A DNA stretch of 53,961 nt from an uncultured Burkholderiales bacterium (GTDB lineage: Bacteria; Pseudomonadota; Gammaproteobacteria; Burkholderiales; JALYOK01), in assembly GCA_964488915.1 (NCBI GenBank), contig CAZAWU010000004.1, forward strand, positions 1 to 53,961, read 5' to 3'. Numbering within the stretch: position 1 is the stretch's first letter; each line of letters opens with the position of its first letter. The notes under the pieces were generated by a model. It was not told the origin of the DNA. It was given only the letters and a program-made list of their open reading frames with translations, and made no database searches. The translations under genes were made by a program, and so were the position numbers. Positions 25,093 through 34,055 of this stretch are shown one piece after another.

Positions 25093-25838
25093 TGGCCGTT
25101 TATATGAATGTGGCCAACGTGGACGTTGTTTATTCGTCCTCGGCCGTGGTCACGGCGGCGCCGATCACGATGGCTTGCTGGTACAAGAAGGACAGCCATC
25201 CGGACGGCAACTACCACGTTGTTATGGGCATCAACTCCACCGGTGCCCCTGAGAACGGATGGATTTTGTTCGTCGACAACAGCGACGTGCTGAATTTCCA
25301 GACACTGGATGACGGCGCAAGCAGCACGGCGCAGCAGTCAGGAAGCGGCGGTTCAGGGTGGCATCACGCATGTGGTGTGTCGTCGGGTGCATCAAGCCGG
25401 TTTGCTTATCGCGACGGCAGTGCAGGTACGGAAAATACAGGGACGCAAACACCAACGACTGCGGGACTTAATCGCACCTCGCTTGGGAACTACTACTACG
25501 CACTTGGCGGCAATTGGTCGGGCATCAACCAGACCCAGAGCGTTGCCGAAGGTGCGGTGTGGAACGTAGCGCTGACCGCTGACGAGATTACGAGCTTAGC
25601 GCGCGGCTATTCGCCGTTGCTGGTCAGGCCATCGGCGCTCGTTTGGTATGTGCCGGCTGTGCGCACGTTGATTGATCTGAGGGGTAACGCGATATCAGGG
25701 GCAAACTCTGGCATCGTCGATCACCCGCCGATATTGAACTACAAACCAGTAGCGAACATCTTGGGCATTGCGCCGGTCGCGTCGAAGGCGATGCCGATCT
25801 TTAGCCGCACGCCAAGGTTCTTGAGGAGAGCTGCATGA
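25092..25838 (+). CDS. LamG/concanavalin A-like jelly-roll protein
   Basis: ITMACWY...WHHACGV...YRDG...AVWNVALTADEITSL. Confidence 0.85.
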   Translation: MAVYMNVANVDVVYSSSAVVTAAPITMACWYKKDSHPDGNYHVVMGINSTGAPENGWILFVDNSDVLNFQTLDDGASSTAQQSGSGGSGWHHACGVSSGASSRFAYRDGSAGTENTGTQTPTTAGLNRTSLGNYYYALGGNWSGINQTQSVAEGAVWNVALTADEITSLARGYSPLLVRPSALVWYVPAVRTLIDLRGNAISGANSGIVDHPPILNYKPVANILGIAPVASKAMPIFSRTPRFLRRAA

Positions 25839-26326
25839 GCCGTTTCTATTCCGCGCCACTGAGCGGCACAATTACCAATGCTGGCGGAGACACGGACATC
25901 TTCAGCATCCAACCGGCCGACGACAAGCCGATCAGGCTGTGGGGCTTCACGCTCGGCAACGTGTCTGAGGTAGGTGACACGGCGGAAGAGGCATTGCGCA
26001 TAACGGTCAAGTACGTGCCGGCCACTTTCACGGTTGGCTCGGGTGGCTCTGCGGTCACGGCAGTCTCGCCGGTTGATGATCCAACTGGCGCGGTGTGGGG
26101 TGCAACGGTGCGCGTGAACGACACGACGGTGGCAACCTCAAGCGGCACGGTAATCGTGCGCGACGAATTTGCATGGAACATCCGCAACTCGCCGTATGAG
26201 CATTGGTACCCGACGGAACGGTTTTGCCCTCTGGCAATTCAGACAAATGGCATCGTTATTAGGTGCGAGACCACACCGGCGGACGACTTTACGTTTTCCG
26301 GCACGGTGTACTTCGAAGAACTGTAA
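25835..26326 (+). CDS. Putative virion structural protein
   Basis: GAGGAG SD; T/G-rich beta composition. Confidence 0.7.
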   Translation: MSRFYSAPLSGTITNAGGDTDIFSIQPADDKPIRLWGFTLGNVSEVGDTAEEALRITVKYVPATFTVGSGGSAVTAVSPVDDPTGAVWGATVRVNDTTVATSSGTVIVRDEFAWNIRNSPYEHWYPTERFCPLAIQTNGIVIRCETTPADDFTFSGTVYFEEL

Positions 26327-26332
26327 TAGCCT

Positions 26333-27319
26333 ATGGCGCGGTTTTTCTATAAGCGCGTTGCAAAACGACGTTTAAGACGCCGTGTCTGGGCTCTTTCAAG
26401 ACCGCTTGTTCACTACACGATAACAGCGGCACAAGGCAGTTACACACTATCCGGCCAAGCGGCGAACTTGCTGCAAGGCTATCTGGTCAGCGCAGGGCAA
26501 GGCTCATACAGCCTAACCGGCCAAGCGGCGACGTTCTCGCGAACGTACATCGCTGTTGCTGGCCAAGGCTCGTACTCGCTAACCGGTCAAGCGGCCGGGC
26601 TCAATCAGGGCTATGGCTTCGCGGCTGATCAGGGCAGCTACGCGCTAACCGGTCAAAGCGCGAACCTGCTGACCGCGCAAATACTGACCGCAGCGCAGGG
26701 CTCTTACGCGCTAACCGGACAAAGCGTCGATCTCCGCAAGGGGCGCACGCTCACGGCCGAGCAAGGCAGCTACGCACTAAGCGGCCAGGACGTCACGTTC
26801 GGTCGCATCTACGTTATGGCCGCAGGGACGGGCTCTTACAGCCTGACCGGTGTAAACGCTGAGCTTAGCGTCCCTGCGGCTGTACCTACTCCAGAGCCTG
26901 CCGCACCAGGCGCAGGTGGTGGTCCGGCCGCGTACTGGTATCGCGGCAAGTACCGCAAGGAAGTGCGGCGCACGATCGATGCGGCGATACGCGAGCTAAG
27001 CGACATCGGGGAAACCCGCTCGCCGCGGTCCCGCAAGCGCAAGATCAGGCGCGTTGCGCGCGAAGTATCGGACGCACTGCAATTCGACGTGCCGGCGCAA
27101 CTGCACCGTATGCCGGAGTTCAATGCGCTTGACCCGATCAGGCTCAAGTTGCTCGAGACGAGCTTAGCGCTGCGTGAAGCCGAGATGGCCGCAGAGATGC
27201 GCCGTCAGAAGGCGGAAGAGATGCAACGCTTGTTCGCTGAATACGAGGCAACGATGCAGCGTATTGAGCGTGAGGAAGAGGAAGAGGCGATAGCCTTAAT
27301 CATGGTGATGGCAGCGTAA
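26333..27319 (+). CDS. 22-aa-repeat fibre-like protein with C-terminal coiled coil
   Basis: Seven AxQGSYxLTGQ units; acidic helical tail. Confidence 0.8.
   Translation: MARFFYKRVAKRRLRRRVWALSRPLVHYTITAAQGSYTLSGQAANLLQGYLVSAGQGSYSLTGQAATFSRTYIAVAGQGSYSLTGQAAGLNQGYGFAADQGSYALTGQSANLLTAQILTAAQGSYALTGQSVDLRKGRTLTAEQGSYALSGQDVTFGRIYVMAAGTGSYSLTGVNAELSVPAAVPTPEPAAPGAGGGPAAYWYRGKYRKEVRRTIDAAIRELSDIGETRSPRSRKRKIRRVAREVSDALQFDVPAQLHRMPEFNALDPIRLKLLETSLALREAEMAAEMRRQKAEEMQRLFAEYEATMQRIEREEEEEAIALIMVMAA
26426..26887 (+). repeat. Seven degenerate 66-bp coding repeats
   Basis: Recurring CAAGGC-TCx/AGx-TAC-...CTAACCGGxCAA. Confidence 0.9.
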
Positions 27320-27321
27320 TC

Positions 27322-27663
27322 ATGGCACTGCAAAGAAACTGCGATGTGTGCGCCGAGAAATACGGCGTAGGCGATCCGCGTAACTGGCACGATCCAAACA
27401 ACTGGCCTGCCGAGTGCATGGGCCATTATCGCAAACGGCGCGGCGAGGATCGGATCGGTCTTCAGATCATGAAGGACATCGAGCCGTACAAGAACGTCGT
27501 TGACGGCAATGTCATCGGTGGGCGCAAGCAGCACAGGGATTTCTTGAAGGCGCGCGGCCTTGTCGAGGTTGGCAACGAGAACGTTGAAAAACGTTACGAG
27601 CCGGTCCCGGGCTTGCGCGACGACTTGAAGCGTGCGCTGCGAGATGTGCACGGCGACTTGTGA
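27322..27663 (+). CDS. Conserved small phage protein with N-terminal CxxC
   Basis: CDVC; VIGGRKQHRDFLKARGLVEVGNE. Confidence 0.75.
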   Translation: MALQRNCDVCAEKYGVGDPRNWHDPNNWPAECMGHYRKRRGEDRIGLQIMKDIEPYKNVVDGNVIGGRKQHRDFLKARGLVEVGNENVEKRYEPVPGLRDDLKRALRDVHGDL

Positions 27664-28037
27664 GCAAAGACCCGCCGGGCCTGGACATCTTCGAGATTGC
27701 TTTAGGCAATCCGCCAGATGAGGAGATGGCGCCGCGCACACTGGCTGATCGCGCCATTGAGGAAGCTGGCGTCGCTGGTGGCACGATCTTGGGCGCCATT
27801 TTGGCGCGGCGCATAGGTCGAAAGAGGCTGCACAAGCTTGTACGAGATGAGCACGCAGCGCGTATTGCCAAAGACAAAGCGCGATCGAAGTTGGTTGATG
27901 ATGCGATCGAAGGGGCGGCGCGTCTTCGTGATGCGCGCACGATCGGAGGCGCGGTAGTGGGCGCAGCCACGGGTGGCATGATTGGTGAACATGCCTCGAA
28001 TGAGGCGCGGCGCTGGCGTAAGCGCGCAAGGAAGTAG
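27660..28037 (+). CDS. Glycine-zipper protein, paralogue B
   Basis: DIFEIAL motif, two Gly-rich hydrophobic segments, basic tail. Confidence 0.75.
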   Translation: MSKDPPGLDIFEIALGNPPDEEMAPRTLADRAIEEAGVAGGTILGAILARRIGRKRLHKLVRDEHAARIAKDKARSKLVDDAIEGAARLRDARTIGGAVVGAATGGMIGEHASNEARRWRKRARK

Positions 28038-28054
28038 GCTGCGATTGACGCGGC

Positions 28055-28078
28055 GGGAAGCGAGTAACCCAAACCTCG
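28055..28078 (+). promoter_or_regulatory. 24-nt leader motif, copy 1
   Basis: GGGAAGCGAGTAACCCAAACCTCG, identical at 32986. Confidence 0.6.
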
Positions 28079-28090
28079 GGAGTGACGAGC

Positions 28091-29212
28091 ATGGCAGGAC
28101 GGCGCACTGCGTCTGACGACGCTGCGGAAGACTTTGATGTCATGGAAGCCGAACCGATGACTGGCGGCGACTATGACGATGACGACAGCGATACGGGGGA
28201 AGATTGGGACGCCAACGAATTGGCGCGCGGCGACGGCGAGAAAGAGGGCGAGCCGCTCGAGGATGAAGAGGAAGAATTAGAGGCGTCTGACGAAGACGAG
28301 GAAGACGGCCCTGACGACGAAGACGACGAGGAAGAGGAAAGTGACGACGAAGAACTAGAGGCGATAGACCCGCCGGCGAATTGGCCGGAACAGGAGCGCC
28401 AGTTCTTTGCCGAGCTCCCCCCGCAGTTGCAGCACGCTTACATGGCGCGCGCGCAGCACATGACGGCCGATTACACCCGCAAGACACAAGCGCTCGCGGG
28501 CGAGCGGCAACAGATTGCGCAAGAGCGTCAGACAATCGGCGATTTGCAGCGCGTGATTGGTCCGCATCTACAGAATTGGGCGTTGAACGGCATGGGGCCG
28601 GCGCAAGCCGTACAACAGCTTATCGCCCTGTCCGACATGGCCACACGAGACCCGGCCGGCTTCATTCAGTATTTCGCCAATCTTCGCGGCGTCAACCTCC
28701 AAGCCCTGCAGCAACAGCAGGAGAACGAGTACGTTGACCCGCAAGTACAGGTGCTGCGGCAGCAGCTTGCTCAAGTTCAGGCCCATTTGAACCAATCGAG
28801 CCAGCAGCAACAACAGTACCAGCAGCAGCAGTACCAGCAGCAGTATCAAACCGCGTTCAACACGACGAGCGCGGCCATCAACGACTTCGCGCGCCAATCT
28901 GACCAGAACGGAAATCCGCTCTATCCACACTTCGACGAGGTAATCGACGAAATGGCGGGGCTGATCGAGAGCGGTCAGGCGCGTTCCATGCCCGAAGCCT
29001 ACAAGAAGGCGGTTTGGCTCAATGACAACACGCGGCAGAAACAGCTTGCCCGTTCGCGAGCAGAAGCGAATGCGAAAGCCCGCCGTCGTGCTGAGAGAGC
29101 CTCACGCGCAGCTTTCTCGCTTACCGGTGCATCTGGGGCCAATGGCGCATTTAACCCAGGGGATCTATCGATCCGCGACACGATTACATCGGCGTGGAAT
29201 GGAGACCTCTGA
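28091..29212 (+). CDS. Scaffolding protein
   Basis: Very acidic N-terminus, DYTRKTQALA coiled coil, Gln-rich; directly before capsid gene. Confidence 0.8.
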   Translation: MAGRRTASDDAAEDFDVMEAEPMTGGDYDDDDSDTGEDWDANELARGDGEKEGEPLEDEEEELEASDEDEEDGPDDEDDEEEESDDEELEAIDPPANWPEQERQFFAELPPQLQHAYMARAQHMTADYTRKTQALAGERQQIAQERQTIGDLQRVIGPHLQNWALNGMGPAQAVQQLIALSDMATRDPAGFIQYFANLRGVNLQALQQQQENEYVDPQVQVLRQQLAQVQAHLNQSSQQQQQYQQQQYQQQYQTAFNTTSAAINDFARQSDQNGNPLYPHFDEVIDEMAGLIESGQARSMPEAYKKAVWLNDNTRQKQLARSRAEANAKARRRAERASRAAFSLTGASGANGAFNPGDLSIRDTITSAWNGDL

Positions 29213-29244
29213 CCCATCAACTCATTTTGGAAGGCTAAGGAAGA

Positions 29245-30210
29245 ATGCCTAGTCCCAACCTGTCCGAAATCACCACGACCACGATGCGCTATCGGTCGGG
29301 GAAACTTCGTGACAACATGTCGAAGAACATCGCTTTGCTGATGCGTCTTCGCGACAAGGACAATGCGTCTCCCGTCTCTGGCGGCGAGCACATTGTTGAA
29401 GAGCTCGAATACGCGGAAAACAGCACGTTCATGTACTACTCGGGTGACGAGGTACTGAACGTGTCGGCTTCCGACGTGTTCACTGGCGCAACGTTCGACT
29501 GGAAGCAATGCGCAGCCGCGGTCAAGATCAACGGCCTCGAACTGCTCAAGAACTCCGGTCGCGAGAAGGTCATTGACCTACTTGAAGCCCGCATCAAGAA
29601 CGCCGAGAAGACCATGCTCAACAACATGAGCACTGGCGTCTACTCGGACGGGACCGGCACGGGCGGCAAGCAGATCGGCGGCCTGCAACTGCTTGTGTCC
29701 GACGCGGGCACCGGCACCGTTGGCAATATCAACTCGTCCACGTACTCGTTTTGGCAAAATGCGGTATACGACTTCTCGACGAATGGCGTCGCGGCTTCGG
29801 CCCTGACCATCCAGGACGCGATGAATTCGCTCTACCTCTCGCTCGCGCGCAATCGCGACGTGCCCGACCTGATCGTGGCCGATAACACGTACTATGGGTA
29901 CTACTGGAAATCGCTTCAGGCGATCCAGCGCATCACGGACGAAAAGATGGCAAGCGCAGGCTTCCAGACCTTGAAGTTTATGGGCGCTGACGTCGTGTAC
30001 GACGGCGGTTTCTCGGGTACGGCCCCGAGCGCTCATATGTACTTCTTGAACACCGACTATGTGAAGTTCCGGCCGCACCGGGACCGCAACATGGTCCCGC
30101 TGAACCCGGATCGGTTCTCAACAAACCAAGACGCAATGGTGAAACTGATTGGATGGGCTGGCAACATGACCATCTCCAATCGGTCGCTCCAGGGCGTCAT
30201 GGTCGCGTGA
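29245..30210 (+). CDS. Major capsid protein
   Basis: 321 aa after scaffold; MPSPNLSEITTTT...KLRDN...ALL; WKQ-x-AAAV; GTGTGGKQIGGL. Confidence 0.88.
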   Translation: MPSPNLSEITTTTMRYRSGKLRDNMSKNIALLMRLRDKDNASPVSGGEHIVEELEYAENSTFMYYSGDEVLNVSASDVFTGATFDWKQCAAAVKINGLELLKNSGREKVIDLLEARIKNAEKTMLNNMSTGVYSDGTGTGGKQIGGLQLLVSDAGTGTVGNINSSTYSFWQNAVYDFSTNGVAASALTIQDAMNSLYLSLARNRDVPDLIVADNTYYGYYWKSLQAIQRITDEKMASAGFQTLKFMGADVVYDGGFSGTAPSAHMYFLNTDYVKFRPHRDRNMVPLNPDRFSTNQDAMVKLIGWAGNMTISNRSLQGVMVA

Positions 30211-30227
30211 TAGGGGAGGTTTGAAAC

Positions 30228-30725
30228 ATGGCTTACCACATCACGACTGGCGAAATCGGCGGCCAGGCAATCAACGAAACGTCGACAACGCAGTATCACC
30301 CGCTTGGGAAGATCGTTACTGCACGCGATCCGACCTACGGCGAGGGCGAGTTCATCTATCTGTTGGGCGTCGCATCAACGGTAGTTGGCTCTGTGGTCAC
30401 GTACCACCCCTCGACGTGGCAGACGGCGCTTTGCCCGGTGGGCAATGCGATCCCGAAGCCTATCGCGGTGGCTATGTCGGCAAACGTGGCGGCGTCTTAC
30501 GGCTGGTATCAAATCAGCGGTTTGGCGGTTGCTGCGAAGTCGGCGACGATTTGCTGCGTTGCCGGCGCTGGTATCGCGGTCAAGACGATTGGCTTGATCT
30601 CGAAGACCGGCTCGCTTGCTGAAATCCAGGGTGGCGTGTGCGCTACGACGGCTTCGGCCGCAACGGGCCGCACGACGGTTCTGATTTCAATTCACAGGCC
30701 ACACATGCAAGGACGGATTACATAG
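30228..30725 (+). CDS. Capsid-associated (decoration/cement-like) protein
   Basis: Follows capsid gene with strong SD; PLG...GEFIY...YGWYQISG. Confidence 0.65.
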   Translation: MAYHITTGEIGGQAINETSTTQYHPLGKIVTARDPTYGEGEFIYLLGVASTVVGSVVTYHPSTWQTALCPVGNAIPKPIAVAMSANVAASYGWYQISGLAVAAKSATICCVAGAGIAVKTIGLISKTGSLAEIQGGVCATTASAATGRTTVLISIHRPHMQGRIT

Positions 30726-30729
30726 GCTT

Positions 30730-32166
30730 ATGCTTATCACTACAACTGATGGGGCGGCGAACAGCCGCCCCAGCTCTTACCGCGTGCCGGAGGTTGACCT
30801 CATGGTGCGCTACCAAAACCCGGACGCCAAGGCGGGCCTGACTATTCCGGTTCACCTTGTCTGCAATACGCCGGAAGAGGATTTACTCGCCAACATCAAG
30901 GCTAACAGCGCTAACCCTGCCCGTGGATGGATTGCGACAAGCGCGGCTCACGAGAGCAAGGCCGTGCTGTGCGGCTCCGGTCCGAGTTTGGCCGATGACC
31001 TGGCGGTTGTTCGTGCCATGCAAGCGGATGGCGCGACTGTGTTCGCGATGAACGGTGCGGCCAACTTCTTGCGGCGCAACGGCATCATGGCCGACTACCA
31101 AGTGATTGCGGATGCGCGCGAGAGAACGGCCGACCTGGTTGGCGAGGCGAACGGGCACATATTTGCAAGCCAAGTGCACCCGGAGTGCTTCAAGCGCGCG
31201 CCGGAAGCCATAATGGTTCACGTCAATTACTACTCAGACCATACCGAATTTTTGACCATCATCGACGGCGTTGGACCAAATGAGTTTGTGCTCGTTGGTT
31301 CTCACGGGTCAGTTGGGAATGTGGCGCTCGGAATTGCGTACGCGATGGGCTTCCGTGATCTGCACGTGTTCGGGTACGACAGTTCGTTTCGTGAAGAAGC
31401 TGGGCACGCGTTTGATCAGCCGATGAATGTCACAGAGCCGGTTTGCGAAGTTGAGTATCAGGGCAAGAAGTACCGCTGCACGTTCACGATGAAAAGCCAG
31501 GCGGATGTGTTCCCACGGCTTGCCTACGAACTGGAAGAGATGGGGGCGCGGTTCACGGTTTACGGGTCAGGGTATTTGCAAGATCGCTGGTATGGCGAGA
31601 AGGCCAAGACGCTGGAGCAGCGCGAGGCGGACAAGTATCGCGAGATGTGGGACCACGCGCAGTATCGCAAGCTCATTCCCTCGCTTGATCACGTTGACGC
31701 TGCGATCGAGAAGCTAAGGATACGGCCAGGCGACGGGCTTGTTGATTTCGGCTGTGGAAGCGGCCGGGCAACGAAGATGTTTCAGGACAAGGGCATCTAT
31801 GCGGTGGGCGTCGATATCGCTCGCAACGCCGTGGACGCTGATCTCAAGGGCGCGTTCGTCGAGGCGTGCCTCTGGAAATTGCCGCCGCTTCGTGCGGAGT
31901 GGGCATTTTGTGTCGACGTGATGGAGCACATACCAACTGAGCGCGTGGACGATGTTCTTGCGAGCATCGCGCGCACGATCGACTTGCGCGGCGCGTATTT
32001 CGCGATTGACAGTGCGCCTGATGAAATGGGCGTGTTGATTGGACAGCCGTTGCACCTGACCGTGCGGCATCCGGCATGGTGGGCACGGCGGCTTAGAGAC
32101 CACTTCGCGCATGTTGAAGAATGTGACGGCGGGGTGTTTGTCTGTTCGAAGAAGTTAGCGGCCTAA
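30730..32166 (+). CDS. Maf/MptE-like (DUF115) domain fused to class I SAM methyltransferase
   Basis: VLCGSGPSL, VFAMNGA, GFRDLHVFGYDS; then LVDFGCGSG, GVDI, CVDVMEHIP. Confidence 0.8.
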   Translation: MLITTTDGAANSRPSSYRVPEVDLMVRYQNPDAKAGLTIPVHLVCNTPEEDLLANIKANSANPARGWIATSAAHESKAVLCGSGPSLADDLAVVRAMQADGATVFAMNGAANFLRRNGIMADYQVIADARERTADLVGEANGHIFASQVHPECFKRAPEAIMVHVNYYSDHTEFLTIIDGVGPNEFVLVGSHGSVGNVALGIAYAMGFRDLHVFGYDSSFREEAGHAFDQPMNVTEPVCEVEYQGKKYRCTFTMKSQADVFPRLAYELEEMGARFTVYGSGYLQDRWYGEKAKTLEQREADKYREMWDHAQYRKLIPSLDHVDAAIEKLRIRPGDGLVDFGCGSGRATKMFQDKGIYAVGVDIARNAVDADLKGAFVEACLWKLPPLRAEWAFCVDVMEHIPTERVDDVLASIARTIDLRGAYFAIDSAPDEMGVLIGQPLHLTVRHPAWWARRLRDHFAHVEECDGGVFVCSKKLAA

Positions 32167-32185
32167 TCGCTATCCTCCCGACTTG

Positions 32186-32215
32186 GCGGCTGGCGCAAGT
32201 CAGCCGTCCTTTTTT
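32186..32215 (+). terminator. Intrinsic terminator-like hairpin
   Basis: 9-bp stem with GCAA tetraloop followed by CC and six T. Confidence 0.6.
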
Positions 32216-32227
32216 GGAGTGCACGAA

Positions 32228-32479
32228 ATGCACGGACGTGATTGCAACAACTGCAGCTATTTCGGTCACGAGCGTGTCATGTTGAGGGGTACTGAATACG
32301 GCTCGTGTCGCGTCGACGGGCCGTCGACTAGCTCCACATATATCGGCTCAGGTTTCTACGGAGAGGCTTGGGTCGGTCAGTGGCCGTTCGTCTCGCAGAA
32401 TGCTTGGTGTGGGCGGTTCGTCAAAGATACGAGCCGTGTCGCAACAAGCGTGTCAGTCGGTAACCCAACACTCGAATAG
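32228..32479 (+). CDS. Small Cys-rich protein
   Basis: CNNC...C...WCGRF; GGAG SD. Confidence 0.7.
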   Translation: MHGRDCNNCSYFGHERVMLRGTEYGSCRVDGPSTSSTYIGSGFYGEAWVGQWPFVSQNAWCGRFVKDTSRVATSVSVGNPTLE

Positions 32480-32489
32480 GAGAATACCC

Positions 32490-32810
32490 ATGGCCTTCGA
32501 TGTCCCCTTCGGCAAGAAAGTGCGCATCCCCTTCACGTTTCTCGACGCTAACAGCCTTGCCGCCAAGGTTGACGGCACGCCTACTGTTTCCACGACGTTC
32601 GGCTCGGTTGTTGAGGTGGTGAGCGACGGCGCCGGCGGCTTCAGCGCGCTTGTTGACCTCGGTGGCGTAGGTTCCGCGTCCGTGTCTGGCGTGGCCGACG
32701 TCGATCTCGGCTCGGGCGTGAAAGAGCTTGCGTTCACGCTCGGCGATTTCAACGGGTTGGCGTCGCCTGAAGCGACAGCGGTCAGCGTCGGTAACCCGGT
32801 TGTTGAATAA
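32490..32810 (+). CDS. Small beta-sandwich (Ig-like) protein
   Basis: AGGAG SD; alternating hydrophobic beta pattern. Confidence 0.7.
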   Translation: MAFDVPFGKKVRIPFTFLDANSLAAKVDGTPTVSTTFGSVVEVVSDGAGGFSALVDLGGVGSASVSGVADVDLGSGVKELAFTLGDFNGLASPEATAVSVGNPVVE

Positions 32811-32971
32811 TGAACCGCGTGGCCCGAGCGCCCAAGTATCCGTTCAAACCGCGTGAGCATGTGCAATGGGGCGGTGTGCTCCTTGGGACCGTTCCAATTG
32901 CTGCGATGCTCATTGTGATGGTTGCGGCGATGGCTTGGGATGCTTGGGCCACGCGAGCTTTTTGCAGCTAG
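32810..32971 (+). CDS. 53-aa single-pass membrane protein
   Basis: Manual translation MNRVARAPKYPFKPREHVQWGGVLLGTVPIAAMLIVMVAAMAWDAWATRAFCS; TAATG coupling. Confidence 0.55.
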   Translation: MNRVARAPKYPFKPREHVQWGGVLLGTVPIAAMLIVMVAAMAWDAWATRAFCS

Positions 32972-32985
32972 CCGCACCCGCGGCA

Positions 32986-33009
32986 GGGAAGCGAGTAACC
33001 CAAACCTCG
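32986..33009 (+). promoter_or_regulatory. 24-nt leader motif, copy 2
   Basis: Identical to 28055-28078. Confidence 0.6.
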
Positions 33010-33022
33010 AAAGGAAGAAGCA

Positions 33023-33679
33023 ATGTCAATGCAAGAAATCGGTTCGCCTACCGCAATCCCGCGCAAGGCTGACTTCTCGACGGTCATTCCGCGGTTCTTC
33101 ACGCAGGAAATCGCAACGGATCAGGTGGACGGGCAAACCGGCCTCAAGGTTTATCGCACGGTTGAGTACGTCGAATTGCTGATCCCAGGCGACAAGGGCG
33201 CAGCGCCGGTGAAGCGCGTGAACGATCAGATCCGTGCGATGTACCGCGATCAGTATGCGCGGTGGAAGGAGCAAGGCGGCGGCGCTGATATGGTCGGCGA
33301 CGGAATACCGCTCAAGCTGTGGCCCGGCATCAAGCAGGAAGTCGCGCGCGGGCTTGAGAACATCAACATTTGGACCGTGCAGCAGCTTGCTGCGATGTCG
33401 GATAGCCGGTGCACGCAGCCGGGAACGATGGGCTTGCGCGATTTGCGCGACAAGGCGCGTGCGTTCATTGAGAGCGCATCACAGACGGCGCCGATTGCGG
33501 CGTTGCAGGCGCAGCTTGACGACATGAAGAAGCGTGAGACGCTTCGGGACGATCAACTGAAGCAAGCGCTTCAGCGTGCCGAAGAGGCTGAGGCGAAACT
33601 GGGCGGCGTGAACGTGAAACACGAGACCATGCCGGAATTGAACACGCCGCGCGGGCGGCAAAAACAGGAAAGGGAATAG
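33023..33679 (+). CDS. Conserved head-region protein of unknown function
   Basis: AAAGGA SD; C-terminal coiled coil. Confidence 0.75.
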   Translation: MSMQEIGSPTAIPRKADFSTVIPRFFTQEIATDQVDGQTGLKVYRTVEYVELLIPGDKGAAPVKRVNDQIRAMYRDQYARWKEQGGGADMVGDGIPLKLWPGIKQEVARGLENINIWTVQQLAAMSDSRCTQPGTMGLRDLRDKARAFIESASQTAPIAALQAQLDDMKKRETLRDDQLKQALQRAEEAEAKLGGVNVKHETMPELNTPRGRQKQERE

Positions 33680-33685
33680 ACTACA

Positions 33686-34045
33686 ATGCCCATTCAAACC
33701 CAATTGATGAGCGCGGGCTTGCCGGCTGGTACGGCGCAGGCGCTCAATCGCGTTGCAACGTTTGCGCTGGCTGGCTCGACGCAATCGGATGGTACGAAGA
33801 TTACGGCTCCAACGGCGATCTTTACGTCCGGGTCCGGTAGCGCGGTGTTGCCGACGCCGAATGCGGGCGACGTCATCAACTTCGTGAACGTGTCCGGTAA
33901 CACCGGCACGATCTTCCCGGCCAGCGGCGGCACGATCAACGCTCTGTCTCAGGACGCGTCTATCTCGATTGCAACGGCGAAGTCGTGCCTGTTCGTCGCG
34001 CAGTCGGGCACGCAGTGGCGCACCATCCCACTAGTCCCATCGTAG
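33686..34045 (+). CDS. Putative virion structural protein
   Basis: T/G/A/S-rich beta composition. Confidence 0.65.
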   Translation: MPIQTQLMSAGLPAGTAQALNRVATFALAGSTQSDGTKITAPTAIFTSGSGSAVLPTPNAGDVINFVNVSGNTGTIFPASGGTINALSQDASISIATAKSCLFVAQSGTQWRTIPLVPS

Positions 34046-34055
34046 GCCAACTCAC

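Noticed and set aside
26426-26887. 66-bp repeats as a CRISPR array or DGR template/variable pair
   Set aside because: Repeats are degenerate, in-frame and lack unique spacers; no cas or reverse transcriptase gene was seen.
27205-28143. 312-aa minus-strand ORF
   Set aside because: Spans several plus-strand genes; no recognisable motif.
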